Assembly: GCA_963730185.1 (NCBI GenBank)
Contig: CAVSQW010000013.1
Coordinates: 1-64,000, forward strand
Length of the DNA stretch: 64,000 nt
Reading direction: 5' to 3'
Origin: an uncultured Gemmatimonadales bacterium
Lineage (GTDB): Bacteria; Gemmatimonadota; Gemmatimonadetes; Gemmatimonadales; GWC2-71-9
The notes under the pieces are model-generated. The model had not been told where the DNA came from. It worked only from the letters and a program-made list of their open reading frames with translations, and ran no database searches. A program made the position numbers and the translations under genes. Each line of letters begins with the position of its first letter. The first letter of the stretch is position 1. Of the stretch, positions 20,941 through 30,237 are shown piece by piece.

Positions 20941-20972
20941 AGGTGATCGGGAAAGGATGACCGGGTTGCCGA

Positions 20973-21146
20973 TCAGGCGACTCGGGGACGCGACTCCTCG
21001 TGCCGGGCGAGCGAGCGACGGAGGTAGACGGTGCCTTCGGTCGGCCGGAAGGTCGGCACCTGGCGGGGCAGGACGATTCGCCCGACGGCGTGACCGTCCT
21101 CGTAGACCTGGTAGCTCTCGGTGGAGTCGTGTTTCGCGCTGAGCAT
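20973..21146 (-). CDS. Small hypothetical protein (57 aa)
   Basis: ATG preceded by purine-rich GAGGACGCGGGGACACG; GC3-rich codons; protein-like composition (YQVYEDGHAVGRIVLP). Confidence 0.5.
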   Translation of the reverse strand: MLSAKHDSTESYQVYEDGHAVGRIVLPRQVPTFRPTEGTVYLRRSLARHEESRPRVA

Positions 21147-21242
21147 CGTGTCCCCGCGTCCTCGTCTGTTGATTGGATGCGGGCGGGTCGGAAACGGTTG
21201 CATGGTGAGACGGGCGGGGGGATCCCCCGCCCGTCGGCCCGG

Positions 21243-21953
21243 CTATCGGCAATCTCGGGTGTCCACCATCCCGACCTCCGGAAGGAGATCCGACCGGGGG
21301 ACCACCTCCCAGCGCGGGCCGTCCCGGTGAAGCACCATCACGAACACGTCCCCGCCGACCCAGGCGGGGGCCTGGTCGTCGCCGGCCCGCTGTTCGCGGA
21401 ACAGCGCGTAGCTGGTCGAGTCGTCCTCGTCGACGATACCGATCAGGTGACGGTGGACCGGGGGTACGTCGTCGGCGTCGCTCGGGGGTCGGCAGCCCGC
21501 GGCCTCGAATTGCATCCGGATCTGCCAGGACGGGTCGCGGCTCTCGAGCCACCGAGCGGCCGCCTCGGCCGGGCTGAGCCGCTCCAACTCGTCCAGGGAG
21601 CCGACCCGGGCGAACTCGAAGGACGTTGGATCGGCGTATCGCTCTCGCTGCTGGTGGATCATCCGGACCTGATACTCGGCGACGTCGCGGGGCATGCCGG
21701 GATTCTGTCGCAAGAGGTCGTCCACCGAAACCTCCGGCGAGCTCTCGCCCTGCCGGCGGGCGCGATCGACGAAGTCCTGGCGGAATTTGTCGAACAGGTC
21801 GAGGTCGAGGAGGGTGGCGGCCCCGCTCCAGTCGCGCTGGTCCCAGGCGGCGATGAAGCGTTCGGCGGCGTCGCGCGGTGAGGATTGGGCGACGACCGGC
21901 GCGGAAACGACCACCGTCGCGGCCAGAATGAGGGGGAAGGCACGAACGAGCAT
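21243..21953 (-). CDS. Secreted hypothetical protein (236 aa)
   Basis: Signal peptide ending PVVA-Q; normal codon bias. Confidence 0.75.
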   Translation of the reverse strand: MLVRAFPLILAATVVVSAPVVAQSSPRDAAERFIAAWDQRDWSGAATLLDLDLFDKFRQDFVDRARRQGESSPEVSVDDLLRQNPGMPRDVAEYQVRMIHQQRERYADPTSFEFARVGSLDELERLSPAEAAARWLESRDPSWQIRMQFEAAGCRPPSDADDVPPVHRHLIGIVDEDDSTSYALFREQRAGDDQAPAWVGGDVFVMVLHRDGPRWEVVPRSDLLPEVGMVDTRDCR

Positions 21954-22250
21954 TTTGAGACCACCCCAAGGCAGAGCGGCTCCGACGGCCGAAAGATCGG
22001 GCCACCGGGCCCGATAGCCAAGGGGCCTCCGCTGAGCCGTGGCCGTCCCAGGGACGGGATCTGGCGTCCGAATTCGGACGGCGGCTCCCGACGGCCTTTC
22101 GGGGGAGAGCCACCAAGTCCAAGATGGTCAACGGCTTGGGATGGGAAGGCCGGGGCACGCTCCTGGCTTTGGTGGCCACCGAGCAGCGGCCGGCCCCCTT
22201 TCGGCGAGCGGCGGGCGGGGCCACAATTCGACTTTCCATCGGGGATCCGC

Positions 22251-23258
22251 ATGCGCGCAATGGTGACGATGGCCCACGGCGATCGGGGGGTGCTCGCTTT
22301 GCGGGCGGACTATCCCGACCCGGCGCCCGCGCCGGACGAGGCGATCGTCCGAGTGGCCGCCACGGCCCTGAACCGGCAGGACATCGCGAACCGTCTCGGC
22401 CCCCCGGGGGTCCGGCTGCCACTTCCGCTCATCGCCGGCTCGGACATCGCGGGCGAGGTGGTCGGCGTGGGCCGAGAGGTTCGGGGGTGGACGGCCGGGG
22501 ATCGCGTGCTCGTCGATCCGGCCTTTCGGGACGGACGCCGGGTTGGCTTGATCGGCGAGACCGCCGACGGAGGGCGGGCCGAATACGTCGTGGTGCCGGC
22601 CTCACAGCTCCTGACCGTGCCGGACGCGGTGAGCCTCGACGACGCGGCGGCCCTCCCGCTGGCGTACGGGACGGCCCACCGGATGCTGGTTCGGGGCAAG
22701 GTGCGTCCCGGCGAACGGGTCCTGGTGCTGGGGGCGAGCGGTGGGGTGGGGGTAGCCGCGGTGCAACTGGCCAAGGTGCTCGGCGCCGAGGTGGTCGCCT
22801 GCGCCGGCAAGGCCTGGAAGCTGGAGCGGCTCCAAGCGGCCGGCGCCGACCACACCATTCATACCGGACACGACCTGGTCGATCAGCGGGTTGCCTATCT
22901 CTTCGGCTCGCCCCGGGTCGGCGGCCGGGGCGGCGTGGACGTCGCCGTCAACCTGGTCGGCGGCACCACCTGGCTCGCCATCCAGCGATCGGTCGCCGCC
23001 GGCGGGCGGCTGCTCACCACGGCCACCGCCACCGACATCGAGGTGGCGGTCGACGCCCGGCGCCTCTGGTCGTTCGAGCACGAGGTGATCGGCTCGCACG
23101 GCTGGACCGAAACGGACCTGAACGTCCTGCTCGGCCTGGTGGCGGTGGGTCGGCTTGACCCCATGATCGACCGGATCCTGCCGCTCGAAAAGACGGCCGA
23201 GGGGGAGCGGCTGCTCGAGGAGCGGGAGGTGCTGGGGAAGGTCCTGATCCGGCCCTGA
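22251..23258 (+). CDS. MDR-family (zinc-binding dehydrogenase/quinone reductase-like) oxidoreductase
   Basis: GSDIAGEV, LPLAYGTAHRML, VLVLGASGGVG, C-terminal GKVLI; lacks the structural 4-Cys Zn loop. Confidence 0.9.
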   Translation: MRAMVTMAHGDRGVLALRADYPDPAPAPDEAIVRVAATALNRQDIANRLGPPGVRLPLPLIAGSDIAGEVVGVGREVRGWTAGDRVLVDPAFRDGRRVGLIGETADGGRAEYVVVPASQLLTVPDAVSLDDAAALPLAYGTAHRMLVRGKVRPGERVLVLGASGGVGVAAVQLAKVLGAEVVACAGKAWKLERLQAAGADHTIHTGHDLVDQRVAYLFGSPRVGGRGGVDVAVNLVGGTTWLAIQRSVAAGGRLLTTATATDIEVAVDARRLWSFEHEVIGSHGWTETDLNVLLGLVAVGRLDPMIDRILPLEKTAEGERLLEEREVLGKVLIRP

Positions 23259-23306
23259 CCGGATCGACGTCGAGACGCGTCACCCACATCCAGGAGGAAG
23301 ATCGAC

Positions 23307-25322
23307 ATGTCAGCTCGGTGGCTGGTCGCTTCGCTGCTGCTCGGGACGCTGCCGATCGGGGCCCTGTCCGCCCAGACCGGTGAGCGACTTCAGCTCAAGG
23401 ACTACCTGGACTTCGAGGACGCCCGCGACCCCCGGCTCGCGCCCGACGGCAGCCAGGTGATCTACACCCGCCGGTTCGTCGACCAGATGCACGACCGCTG
23501 GGAGAGCGCCCTCTGGATCCTGGGCGTCGACGGGAGCAAGCAACGCTTCCTGGTCGACGGCGGCGACGCCCGCTGGTCACCCGACGGGTCCCGGATCGCC
23601 TACCTGGCCGACGGCCAGCCCGAGGGGAGCCAGATCTTCGTCCGCTGGATGGACGCCGAGGGCGCGGTGAGCCAGGTCACCCGGGTCGGGCACGCTCCGG
23701 CCGACCTCGCCTGGTCGCCGGACGGCAAGTGGCTGGCCTTCCGAATGCTGGTGCCGATGCGGGAGCGGTGGCCGGTCGAGGTGCCGTCGCCGCCGGCCGG
23801 GGCGACGTGGACGCCGCCACCCCACGTGGTCGAGAAGCTGAACTACCGGCGCGATCGGGTCGGCTTCACCGACGAGGGCTACCAGCAGATCTTCGTGGTG
23901 TCGGCCGACGGCGGCACGCCCCGCCAGCTGACCGAGGGACCGTTCTCGAACGGGGCGCCCGCATGGACCCCGGACGGCCGGAGCTTGGTCTTTTCCGGCC
24001 TCCGCGACGAAGACCCGGACTATGCCTGGCGGGAGAGTGAGATCTACCGCCTCGACGTGGCCAGCGGGACGATCACGGCGCTCACCCATCGGAAGGGGCC
24101 GGATGGGCAGCCGACCGTCTCGCCGGACGGGACGATGATCGCCTACACCGGGTACGACCAGACCGACGATACCTGGATCGATTCCAAGCTCTACCTGATG
24201 AACGCTGACGGCTCGAACGTCCGGGTACTGACGCCCTCGCTCGACCGCTCTCCCCAGGGCCTGATCTGGGCCGCCGACGGAGGCGGGATCTACTTCACCG
24301 TCGACGACGCCGGCTCCCGAAACCTGATGTTCGTGCCGGCCTCCGGCGGAGCGGTCCGTCCCGTGACCCGGGGCCGCCAGATCCTCAGCGTGAGCATGGT
24401 GGGGCGGAATGGGACGGCCGTCGGCGTCCGATCGACGTTCGAGACTCCCAACGACGTGGTGGTGTTCGACGTCGCCCGGCCGACTCCCCGGCCGATCACC
24501 GCCATCAACGAGGACCTGCTCGGCCGCAAGTCGCTCGCCACCGAGGAAGAGATCTGGTTTCCCTCGGTGGACGGGTTCCGGATCCAGGGATGGATCGTGA
24601 AGCCACCGAACTTCGATCCCCACCGGAAGTATCCGATGATGCTGACCATCCACGGCGGGCCCCATGCCATGTACGGCGTGGGCTTCAACTTTGCCTGGCA
24701 GGAGCACGCCGCGCACGACTACGTGCTGCTCTACCTCAACCCGCGGGGGTCCACCGGGTACGGCAGTGCCTTCGGCAACGCGATCAAGAACGCCTATCCC
24801 GGCCGGGACTTCGACGACTTGATGGCCGGGGTCGACACGGTGATCGGGCGAGGGTATGTCGATGGCAACAACTTGTTCGTCTACGGATGCAGCGGCGGCG
24901 GGGTGCTGACCTCCTGGATCGTCGGTCATACCGACCGGTTCGCGGCCGCGTCGGCCATGTGTCCGGTGACCGACTGGCTGTCGTTCGTGGGGACCACGGA
25001 CGGCGCGTCCTGGTACCGGAATTTCGCCAAGCTGCCGTGGGACGATCCGAGCGAGCACCTCCGGCGCTCGCCCCTGATGTACGCCGGGCACGTGACCACG
25101 CCGACCATGTTGATGACCGGGGTGCGCGATCTCCGGACGCCGATGCCCCAGACGGAGGAGTTCTACCGGGCGCTCAAGCTCCGGAAGGTGCCGACCGCGA
25201 TGGTGCGGTTCAACGACGAGTGGCACGGCACCAGCTCGAAGCCGTCGAACTTCCTCCGGACCCAGGCCTACCTGCGTTACTGGTTCACGCGGTTTGCCCG
25301 AAAGTCCGCGGCGACGATGTAA
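23307..25322 (+). CDS. S9 family serine peptidase, secreted (671 aa)
   Basis: AGGAGG RBS; signal peptide; WSPDG repeats; IHGGP, NPRGSTGYG, GCSGGG, DLRTP and EWHG. Confidence 0.95.
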   Translation: MSARWLVASLLLGTLPIGALSAQTGERLQLKDYLDFEDARDPRLAPDGSQVIYTRRFVDQMHDRWESALWILGVDGSKQRFLVDGGDARWSPDGSRIAYLADGQPEGSQIFVRWMDAEGAVSQVTRVGHAPADLAWSPDGKWLAFRMLVPMRERWPVEVPSPPAGATWTPPPHVVEKLNYRRDRVGFTDEGYQQIFVVSADGGTPRQLTEGPFSNGAPAWTPDGRSLVFSGLRDEDPDYAWRESEIYRLDVASGTITALTHRKGPDGQPTVSPDGTMIAYTGYDQTDDTWIDSKLYLMNADGSNVRVLTPSLDRSPQGLIWAADGGGIYFTVDDAGSRNLMFVPASGGAVRPVTRGRQILSVSMVGRNGTAVGVRSTFETPNDVVVFDVARPTPRPITAINEDLLGRKSLATEEEIWFPSVDGFRIQGWIVKPPNFDPHRKYPMMLTIHGGPHAMYGVGFNFAWQEHAAHDYVLLYLNPRGSTGYGSAFGNAIKNAYPGRDFDDLMAGVDTVIGRGYVDGNNLFVYGCSGGGVLTSWIVGHTDRFAAASAMCPVTDWLSFVGTTDGASWYRNFAKLPWDDPSEHLRRSPLMYAGHVTTPTMLMTGVRDLRTPMPQTEEFYRALKLRKVPTAMVRFNDEWHGTSSKPSNFLRTQAYLRYWFTRFARKSAATM

Positions 25323-27704
25323 TCAGGGGCGAAACTCGAGGCCGATCAAGGCGCTCCGCCCGGCGGGCGGAGTGCCGTTGTTCCGCTCGTAGCGGAGCGA
25401 GTTGGTGAGGTTGTCGATCGTGAGGAAGCCGGTGACCTGACGGAGCAAGTTCACCGAGCCGGAGAGGTACGGCTTGATGATCGAGGGGTAGCGGATCAGG
25501 TAGTCCTCGACCGCCGGCCGGGTGGCGGACTGGCTCTGCGAGGCGGCCGCCAAGGCGACCCAGTCGTAGCCGAGCCAGCTGCCGACCAGGGAGGTACCCA
25601 GGGCCACCCGGAACCCGCGGCCGGTGTAGCTGAGCCGGGCCGATCCGGCCAGGGCCGGGACTTCGGGGAGCTCGTCGCCGGGGCGGAGGAAGCCCGAGTA
25701 GGTGGGGGCCAGCCGGGCCACCCGACTTCGGGTGTAGTAGACGAGGGCGTCGGCCCCGAAGTCGCCGAGTCGTAACCCGGTTTCCAGCTCCACGCCCCGG
25801 TTCCGGATCGCACCCACGTTCTGGTATTGGTACGACTGCGGGCTCCCGAGCACGGCCGGGAAGAGCACCGACTGGATCAGGTCGCTGGCCCGCTGATCGA
25901 ACACGGTGAGCCGGACGAAGCTCCCCCGGTCGGCGAAGAAATCGACCCCGGCCTCCAGCCCGGCCTGGACCTCGGGTGCCAGACTGGGACTGGCCTCCTG
26001 CCTGATGAACGCCGAGGCCATGCCCCGGCTCATGCCCGGCTCGGGCGGTCGGATCCCGCGTCCCCACCCGGCCCGAAAGCGGACCGTGTTCGTTCCGGCC
26101 GCCACGGTGTACGAGGCCCCGACACTGGAGGCGAGCGCGGCGCCGTAGGCCGGCCCGAAGGCGGTGTTCCACTCGGTCCGGAGGCCGGCGTTCAGGGTGA
26201 GCGGTCCGGAGCGGAGCTTCCCTTGGAGGAAGGTCCCCGTGTTCCGGACGGCGTCGTCGTAGAGGGCGGTCCATCCCTGCTCCGACTCGGAATCCCAGGC
26301 CCCCCGCTCACGATCCAGCTGGCTGTGCTCGATCCCCAGGGTGGTGGTGAGCGTGCCCATCCGGCCGACGTCGAGGTCGAGGGCCGAGCTGAACCGTACC
26401 GACGACCGGCTGGCGGTCTCGTGGGTGGCGCCGAGCGGCTCGCGGAGCGACGCGAGCGGCGTCTCCGAGCTGCCCAGAGCGCCCTGGGCCCGGTCGTAGC
26501 CCACCACCAGGGTCTGCGTCCATCGGTCGGTGGTCTGGTGCACGGCGGTGAGCCCGACCGTGGCGGCGTTGACGGCCGCGGGATAGGTCGACGCGGTCTG
26601 CGCGCCGGCCGAGTAGGCGAACGACCGGTCTTCCAGGAAGTCGAACTGGCCGGCTCGGCCGAACCCGCTCAGGAGCAACGACCCGAGCACCATCCGTCCG
26701 CCGCCGTCCACGCTCCAGCCTCGGGTGCTCGGCGCCGTCTGCTGGGAGCCGAGGCGATCCATGCTGCCGGCCACCTCGAGCGACGACCAGTTGCCGCCCC
26801 ATTCCGCCGAGGCCGCGTAGTTCTGGCGGACCAGAGTGGAGCCGAGGGCGTCACGATCGAACGGTCCGGCCGCCGCCGAGGCCCAGCCCCGGAGCCCGCC
26901 GGTCTCGCCGATATGGCCCTTGCGGGTGACGATCTGGATCACGCCGTTGATGGCGTCCGAGCCGTAGAGGGCGGCGCCCTGCGGGCCCCGGATCACCTCG
27001 ATCCGCTCGATGCTCCGCGGATCGATCATCGTGAACAACGTGGGCGACGCCACTTCGACGCCGTCCACGTAGGTCTTGATGCCCCGCGCCGTGAAGGAGC
27101 TGGCGCCCCGGACCGCGGCGATCTCCCCGGGCGGCCCGCCGGCGCCGGGGTCCCAAAGGACCACGCCCGGGAGCGCCGTCCGGATCAGGTCGGCGGTGCG
27201 CGAGTAGCGCTGGGCCACCAGGTCGTCGCCGTTGACGACGCTCACGGCGTTGGGCTGTTCCCGCTCCGGGGCGCCGGCCACGGGCGTGCCCATGACCACG
27301 ATCTGATCGAGCTGACGGACCCCGGTCGCGATCTCGGGGAGGTAGCCGCGGTCGGAGGTGGTCTCCTCCGGCGGGGCGATCACGATGGTGCCGCCGCTGG
27401 TGGTAACCAGCGTCAGCCCGGTGCCGCCCAACATCCGGTCGAGGACGTCGCGCACGGTCAGATTGTCGGCGTCGAGGCTCACGCTCCGATCGACCGGCAG
27501 GGCCTCGGGACTGTAGGCGAGGGGGAGCCCGAAGATGGTCCGGAGCCGGGAGAGGGCGGTGCCGAGGTTGTCGCGATCGAAGTGGACCGAGATCCGTCGA
27601 TCGAGGGGATTCCCATGGCCGAGCGAGACCTGCGCGACGCCGGTGCCGGCCGTCACGAGAAAGAGCACCACGAGGATGCTCGCCGCCCGGGCCGCCCTCC
27701 TCAT
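25323..27704 (-). CDS. TonB-dependent receptor/transducer with N-terminal STN signalling domain
   Basis: Signal peptide; STN-like domain (TVRDVLDRMLGGTGL); LDQIVVMG TonB-box region; plug motif IERIEVIRGPQGAALYGSDAINGVIQIVT; beta-barrel. Confidence 0.92.
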   Translation of the reverse strand: MRRAARAASILVVLFLVTAGTGVAQVSLGHGNPLDRRISVHFDRDNLGTALSRLRTIFGLPLAYSPEALPVDRSVSLDADNLTVRDVLDRMLGGTGLTLVTTSGGTIVIAPPEETTSDRGYLPEIATGVRQLDQIVVMGTPVAGAPEREQPNAVSVVNGDDLVAQRYSRTADLIRTALPGVVLWDPGAGGPPGEIAAVRGASSFTARGIKTYVDGVEVASPTLFTMIDPRSIERIEVIRGPQGAALYGSDAINGVIQIVTRKGHIGETGGLRGWASAAAGPFDRDALGSTLVRQNYAASAEWGGNWSSLEVAGSMDRLGSQQTAPSTRGWSVDGGGRMVLGSLLLSGFGRAGQFDFLEDRSFAYSAGAQTASTYPAAVNAATVGLTAVHQTTDRWTQTLVVGYDRAQGALGSSETPLASLREPLGATHETASRSSVRFSSALDLDVGRMGTLTTTLGIEHSQLDRERGAWDSESEQGWTALYDDAVRNTGTFLQGKLRSGPLTLNAGLRTEWNTAFGPAYGAALASSVGASYTVAAGTNTVRFRAGWGRGIRPPEPGMSRGMASAFIRQEASPSLAPEVQAGLEAGVDFFADRGSFVRLTVFDQRASDLIQSVLFPAVLGSPQSYQYQNVGAIRNRGVELETGLRLGDFGADALVYYTRSRVARLAPTYSGFLRPGDELPEVPALAGSARLSYTGRGFRVALGTSLVGSWLGYDWVALAAASQSQSATRPAVEDYLIRYPSIIKPYLSGSVNLLRQVTGFLTIDNLTNSLRYERNNGTPPAGRSALIGLEFRP

Positions 27705-28681
27705 GGACTGCCTTTCGCGACGAGGGTGATCCGGGCCGCGGATCGCTGGACGTCGATCGGCAGCGCGGCCGTCACGATGGCCAGCGCTTCGTCCAGGTTC
27801 GCGGTCGGGATCGGGGCGTTGAGGTGGAGGGCGGCGACGCCGCTGTCGGCCACGACGATCTCGACGCCGTACCACCGGCTCAGCTCGGCGGCGACCGACT
27901 CCAGGGTAGCGTCGTCGAAGTTGAGGGTCCCGTCGCGCCAGCCGGTCAACTGCTCGACCGAAACCTCGTGGTCCACGTTCAGCGGGCCCGCCGAGGGGAT
28001 CCGGGCCACGTCCCGGGGGCCGAGCGTCACCCGGGCATCGGCTGATTCGGCATGCGACTGGACGGCGACCGACCCGGCGAGTACCGCCACCCGGATCGGG
28101 GCCGTGCCCGGGCGGGCCACCACCTCGAACTCGGTCCCGAGGTCTTCGATCAACGCACCCGTCGTCTGAACCCGGAAGGGGTGCTTCCCGTCGTGACGGA
28201 TGTCGAACCAGGCTCGGCCGATCAGGCTCACCTCGCGGGCGCCGTGGCCGAACTCGGTCGAAATGGTGAGGCGGCTGTCGGGCGCCAGGACGACCAACGA
28301 TCCGTCGGCCAGGGTGAGTTCGCGGCGCTCGCCGGCGGCGGTTCGGTAGACCCCAGTGGGGACCGAGATCGAATAGAAGAGTCCCGCGGCCAGAATGACC
28401 ACGGCCGCCGCGGCGACCCAGAGCCAGCTGCGGCGGTTCCGGGTGATCGGGATGACGGTGGAGCGGGGCTGTACGGGGGGCCGGTCGAGCCGTTGGACCA
28501 GCCGATCCCAGGCCGCGTCCACGTCCCACCGGCCTGGGGCCGGACGGGCCGCCCAGGCGCGCTGGAGCAAGGCCAGCTCGCTCGCCGCTTTGGGGTCAGA
28601 GGCAGTCCAGGCCTCGACGTTTCGCCGTTCGTTGGCGGTTACTTCACCAGCCAGGAACCGGGCCAGCTGTTCAGAGTCCAT
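27701..28681 (-). CDS. fecR: FecR-family anti-sigma/transmembrane sensor
   Basis: N-terminal LARFLAGE helix; single TM; TAAGERRELTLADGSLVVL, DLGTEF, WRDGTLNFD and LSRWYGV motifs. Confidence 0.92.
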   Translation of the reverse strand: MDSEQLARFLAGEVTANERRNVEAWTASDPKAASELALLQRAWAARPAPGRWDVDAAWDRLVQRLDRPPVQPRSTVIPITRNRRSWLWVAAAAVVILAAGLFYSISVPTGVYRTAAGERRELTLADGSLVVLAPDSRLTISTEFGHGAREVSLIGRAWFDIRHDGKHPFRVQTTGALIEDLGTEFEVVARPGTAPIRVAVLAGSVAVQSHAESADARVTLGPRDVARIPSAGPLNVDHEVSVEQLTGWRDGTLNFDDATLESVAAELSRWYGVEIVVADSGVAALHLNAPIPTANLDEALAIVTAALPIDVQRSAARITLVAKGSP

Positions 28682-28717
28682 CCTGCCTGACCTGTCGTCC
28701 AAGGGATTCGCTCAGGC

Positions 28718-28745
28718 GACACCCTAGCGGGTCGGCCCCCTGACG
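28718..28745 (-). promoter_or_regulatory. Candidate ECF promoter CGTCAGGGGG-N12-GGTGTC upstream of fecR-TBDR
   Basis: The same bipartite motif recurs at 29367-29395; lies 36 nt before the fecR ATG. Confidence 0.5.
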
Positions 28746-28801
28746 GAAGCCCATACCGACCAACCATATCATATTAGTCGAATGTCCATCCACCTGCCCG
28801 A

Positions 28802-29362
28802 ATGACGACCGGCCGAGACGCCCCCGATCCGGAGCTCGTGGCCCGACTCCGGGCCGGGGACCGAGACGCCTTCGAGGTAGTGTTTCGGGATCATTTCGGT
28901 CGTCTGGCGGACTATGCCTCCCGGATGGTCGGCTCCCGCGATGCCGCCGAGGACGTCGTCCAGGAGGTGTTGGTGGGCCTCTGGACCAACCGGGAGCGAA
29001 TCAGCACCCCCGAGAACCTGGTGGCCTATCTCTACCGGTCGGTCCGGAATCGGGGACTCAACTTCCTGCGCCACGAGCGTCTGGTCACCAATTTCCGCAC
29101 GGCTCGGAGCGCCGAGGGGCCCCCGGAGTCGGAGCCGGCGGATCGTCCCACCGAGCTGGCCGAGATCGACGCCGCCCTCAAGGAGGCGATGGCCGCGCTG
29201 CCACCCCGCTCCCGCGAGGTGTTCGGCTTGAGTCGGAACGAAGGGTTGACCTACCCCGAGATCGCGGCCACCCTGGGCATCTCGATCAAGACGGTCGAGA
29301 CGCTCATGGGCCGGGCCCTCAAGTCGATCCGCCTCAAGATGGCGGCGTTTCGCTCGTCCTGA
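28802..29362 (+). CDS. ECF sigma-70 factor (FecI-like), divergent from fecR
   Basis: Region 2 (AEDVVQEV...YLYRSVRN) and region 4 (LPPRSREVF...LTYPEIAATLGISIKTVE). Confidence 0.95.
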   Translation: MTTGRDAPDPELVARLRAGDRDAFEVVFRDHFGRLADYASRMVGSRDAAEDVVQEVLVGLWTNRERISTPENLVAYLYRSVRNRGLNFLRHERLVTNFRTARSAEGPPESEPADRPTELAEIDAALKEAMAALPPRSREVFGLSRNEGLTYPEIAATLGISIKTVETLMGRALKSIRLKMAAFRSS

Positions 29363-29366
29363 TCGA

Positions 29367-29395
29367 CGTCAGGGGGTCGCCGCGCGCCCGGTGTC
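29367..29395 (+). promoter_or_regulatory. Candidate ECF promoter CGTCAGGGGG-N13-GGTGTC upstream of the lipoprotein gene
   Basis: Second copy of the motif, 4 nt after the sigma stop codon. Confidence 0.5.
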
Positions 29396-29453
29396 CCACC
29401 CCCGAATCGGCCTCGACGGACGAGGGCCGGTTGGAGCGAAGACCGGAGGGTGG

Positions 29454-30164
29454 ATGGCGGGTTGGTCACGAGTCCAGGCGATGGGAACGTTGGTGCTGGC
29501 GCTTGCGGGCGGCTGCTCGGGGCAGGGCACCGGTCCGAACCAGTCGACCGAGCTGGCGTCGGCACTCGACGACCTCACCGTGCAGGCGAATCGGGAGGGC
29601 GATGTCGACGCCGGCGCCGCCTTCAGCTCGGCCGCCATCGCGCTTCGGCTCGGCGTCGAGCCGAGCCCATTCGTCCTCCAGATCGACGAGGCCCGACTCC
29701 AGTACCAGGGGTTCGTCCAGGAGGTGCCGGTGGCCCGGGCGGGAGGGGCTCCGGATCGGCTCCGGACGCTGGTGGCGGTGGATCGTCTCGAGCATCCGGA
29801 GCACGTGCTCTACGTGGCGACACTGGCCGACAGTGCCGACCTGGTGCACCCCTCGGTCTCGCTCGATCGGCGGGCGGCCTCGGCCCAGCTTGGCTGGGCG
29901 GCGTGGCGGGACCTGACCAGTGGCGCTCTCTGGGTGGCGACCGCGGGGCACGCCGGCCTGGCGGTGACCTCGACCGGAGGCGACTGTGCCGGCCTCCGGG
30001 CCACGAGCCAGACGCACTGCCAGGCGGCGACCTTCGGGGTCGTCGTCGAGAGCGAGCTTCACCGGCTGGGCGCCGATCGGAGTCAGATCCTCACCGACCG
30101 GAAAGACGTGAGTCTCCGCGCCGACCGAGTCGACGGCGCGATCATGTTGTTTCCCACCCCCTGA
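29454..30164 (+). CDS. Hypothetical lipoprotein
   Basis: GGAGG RBS; lipobox-like LAGG-C; Cys pair near the C-terminus. Confidence 0.7.
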   Translation: MAGWSRVQAMGTLVLALAGGCSGQGTGPNQSTELASALDDLTVQANREGDVDAGAAFSSAAIALRLGVEPSPFVLQIDEARLQYQGFVQEVPVARAGGAPDRLRTLVAVDRLEHPEHVLYVATLADSADLVHPSVSLDRRAASAQLGWAAWRDLTSGALWVATAGHAGLAVTSTGGDCAGLRATSQTHCQAATFGVVVESELHRLGADRSQILTDRKDVSLRADRVDGAIMLFPTP

Positions 30165-30237
30165 TTCGAGTGGCGACGCCCCTCCCAGGGGCGATAAGTT
30201 CCGCGATCGCCAACCTTCAACTCGAGTCATCGGAATC

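Noticed and set aside
23307..25322. Third copy of the palindrome's S9 gene
   Set aside because: It is a diverged paralog with a different signal peptide and loops, not part of the inverted repeat.
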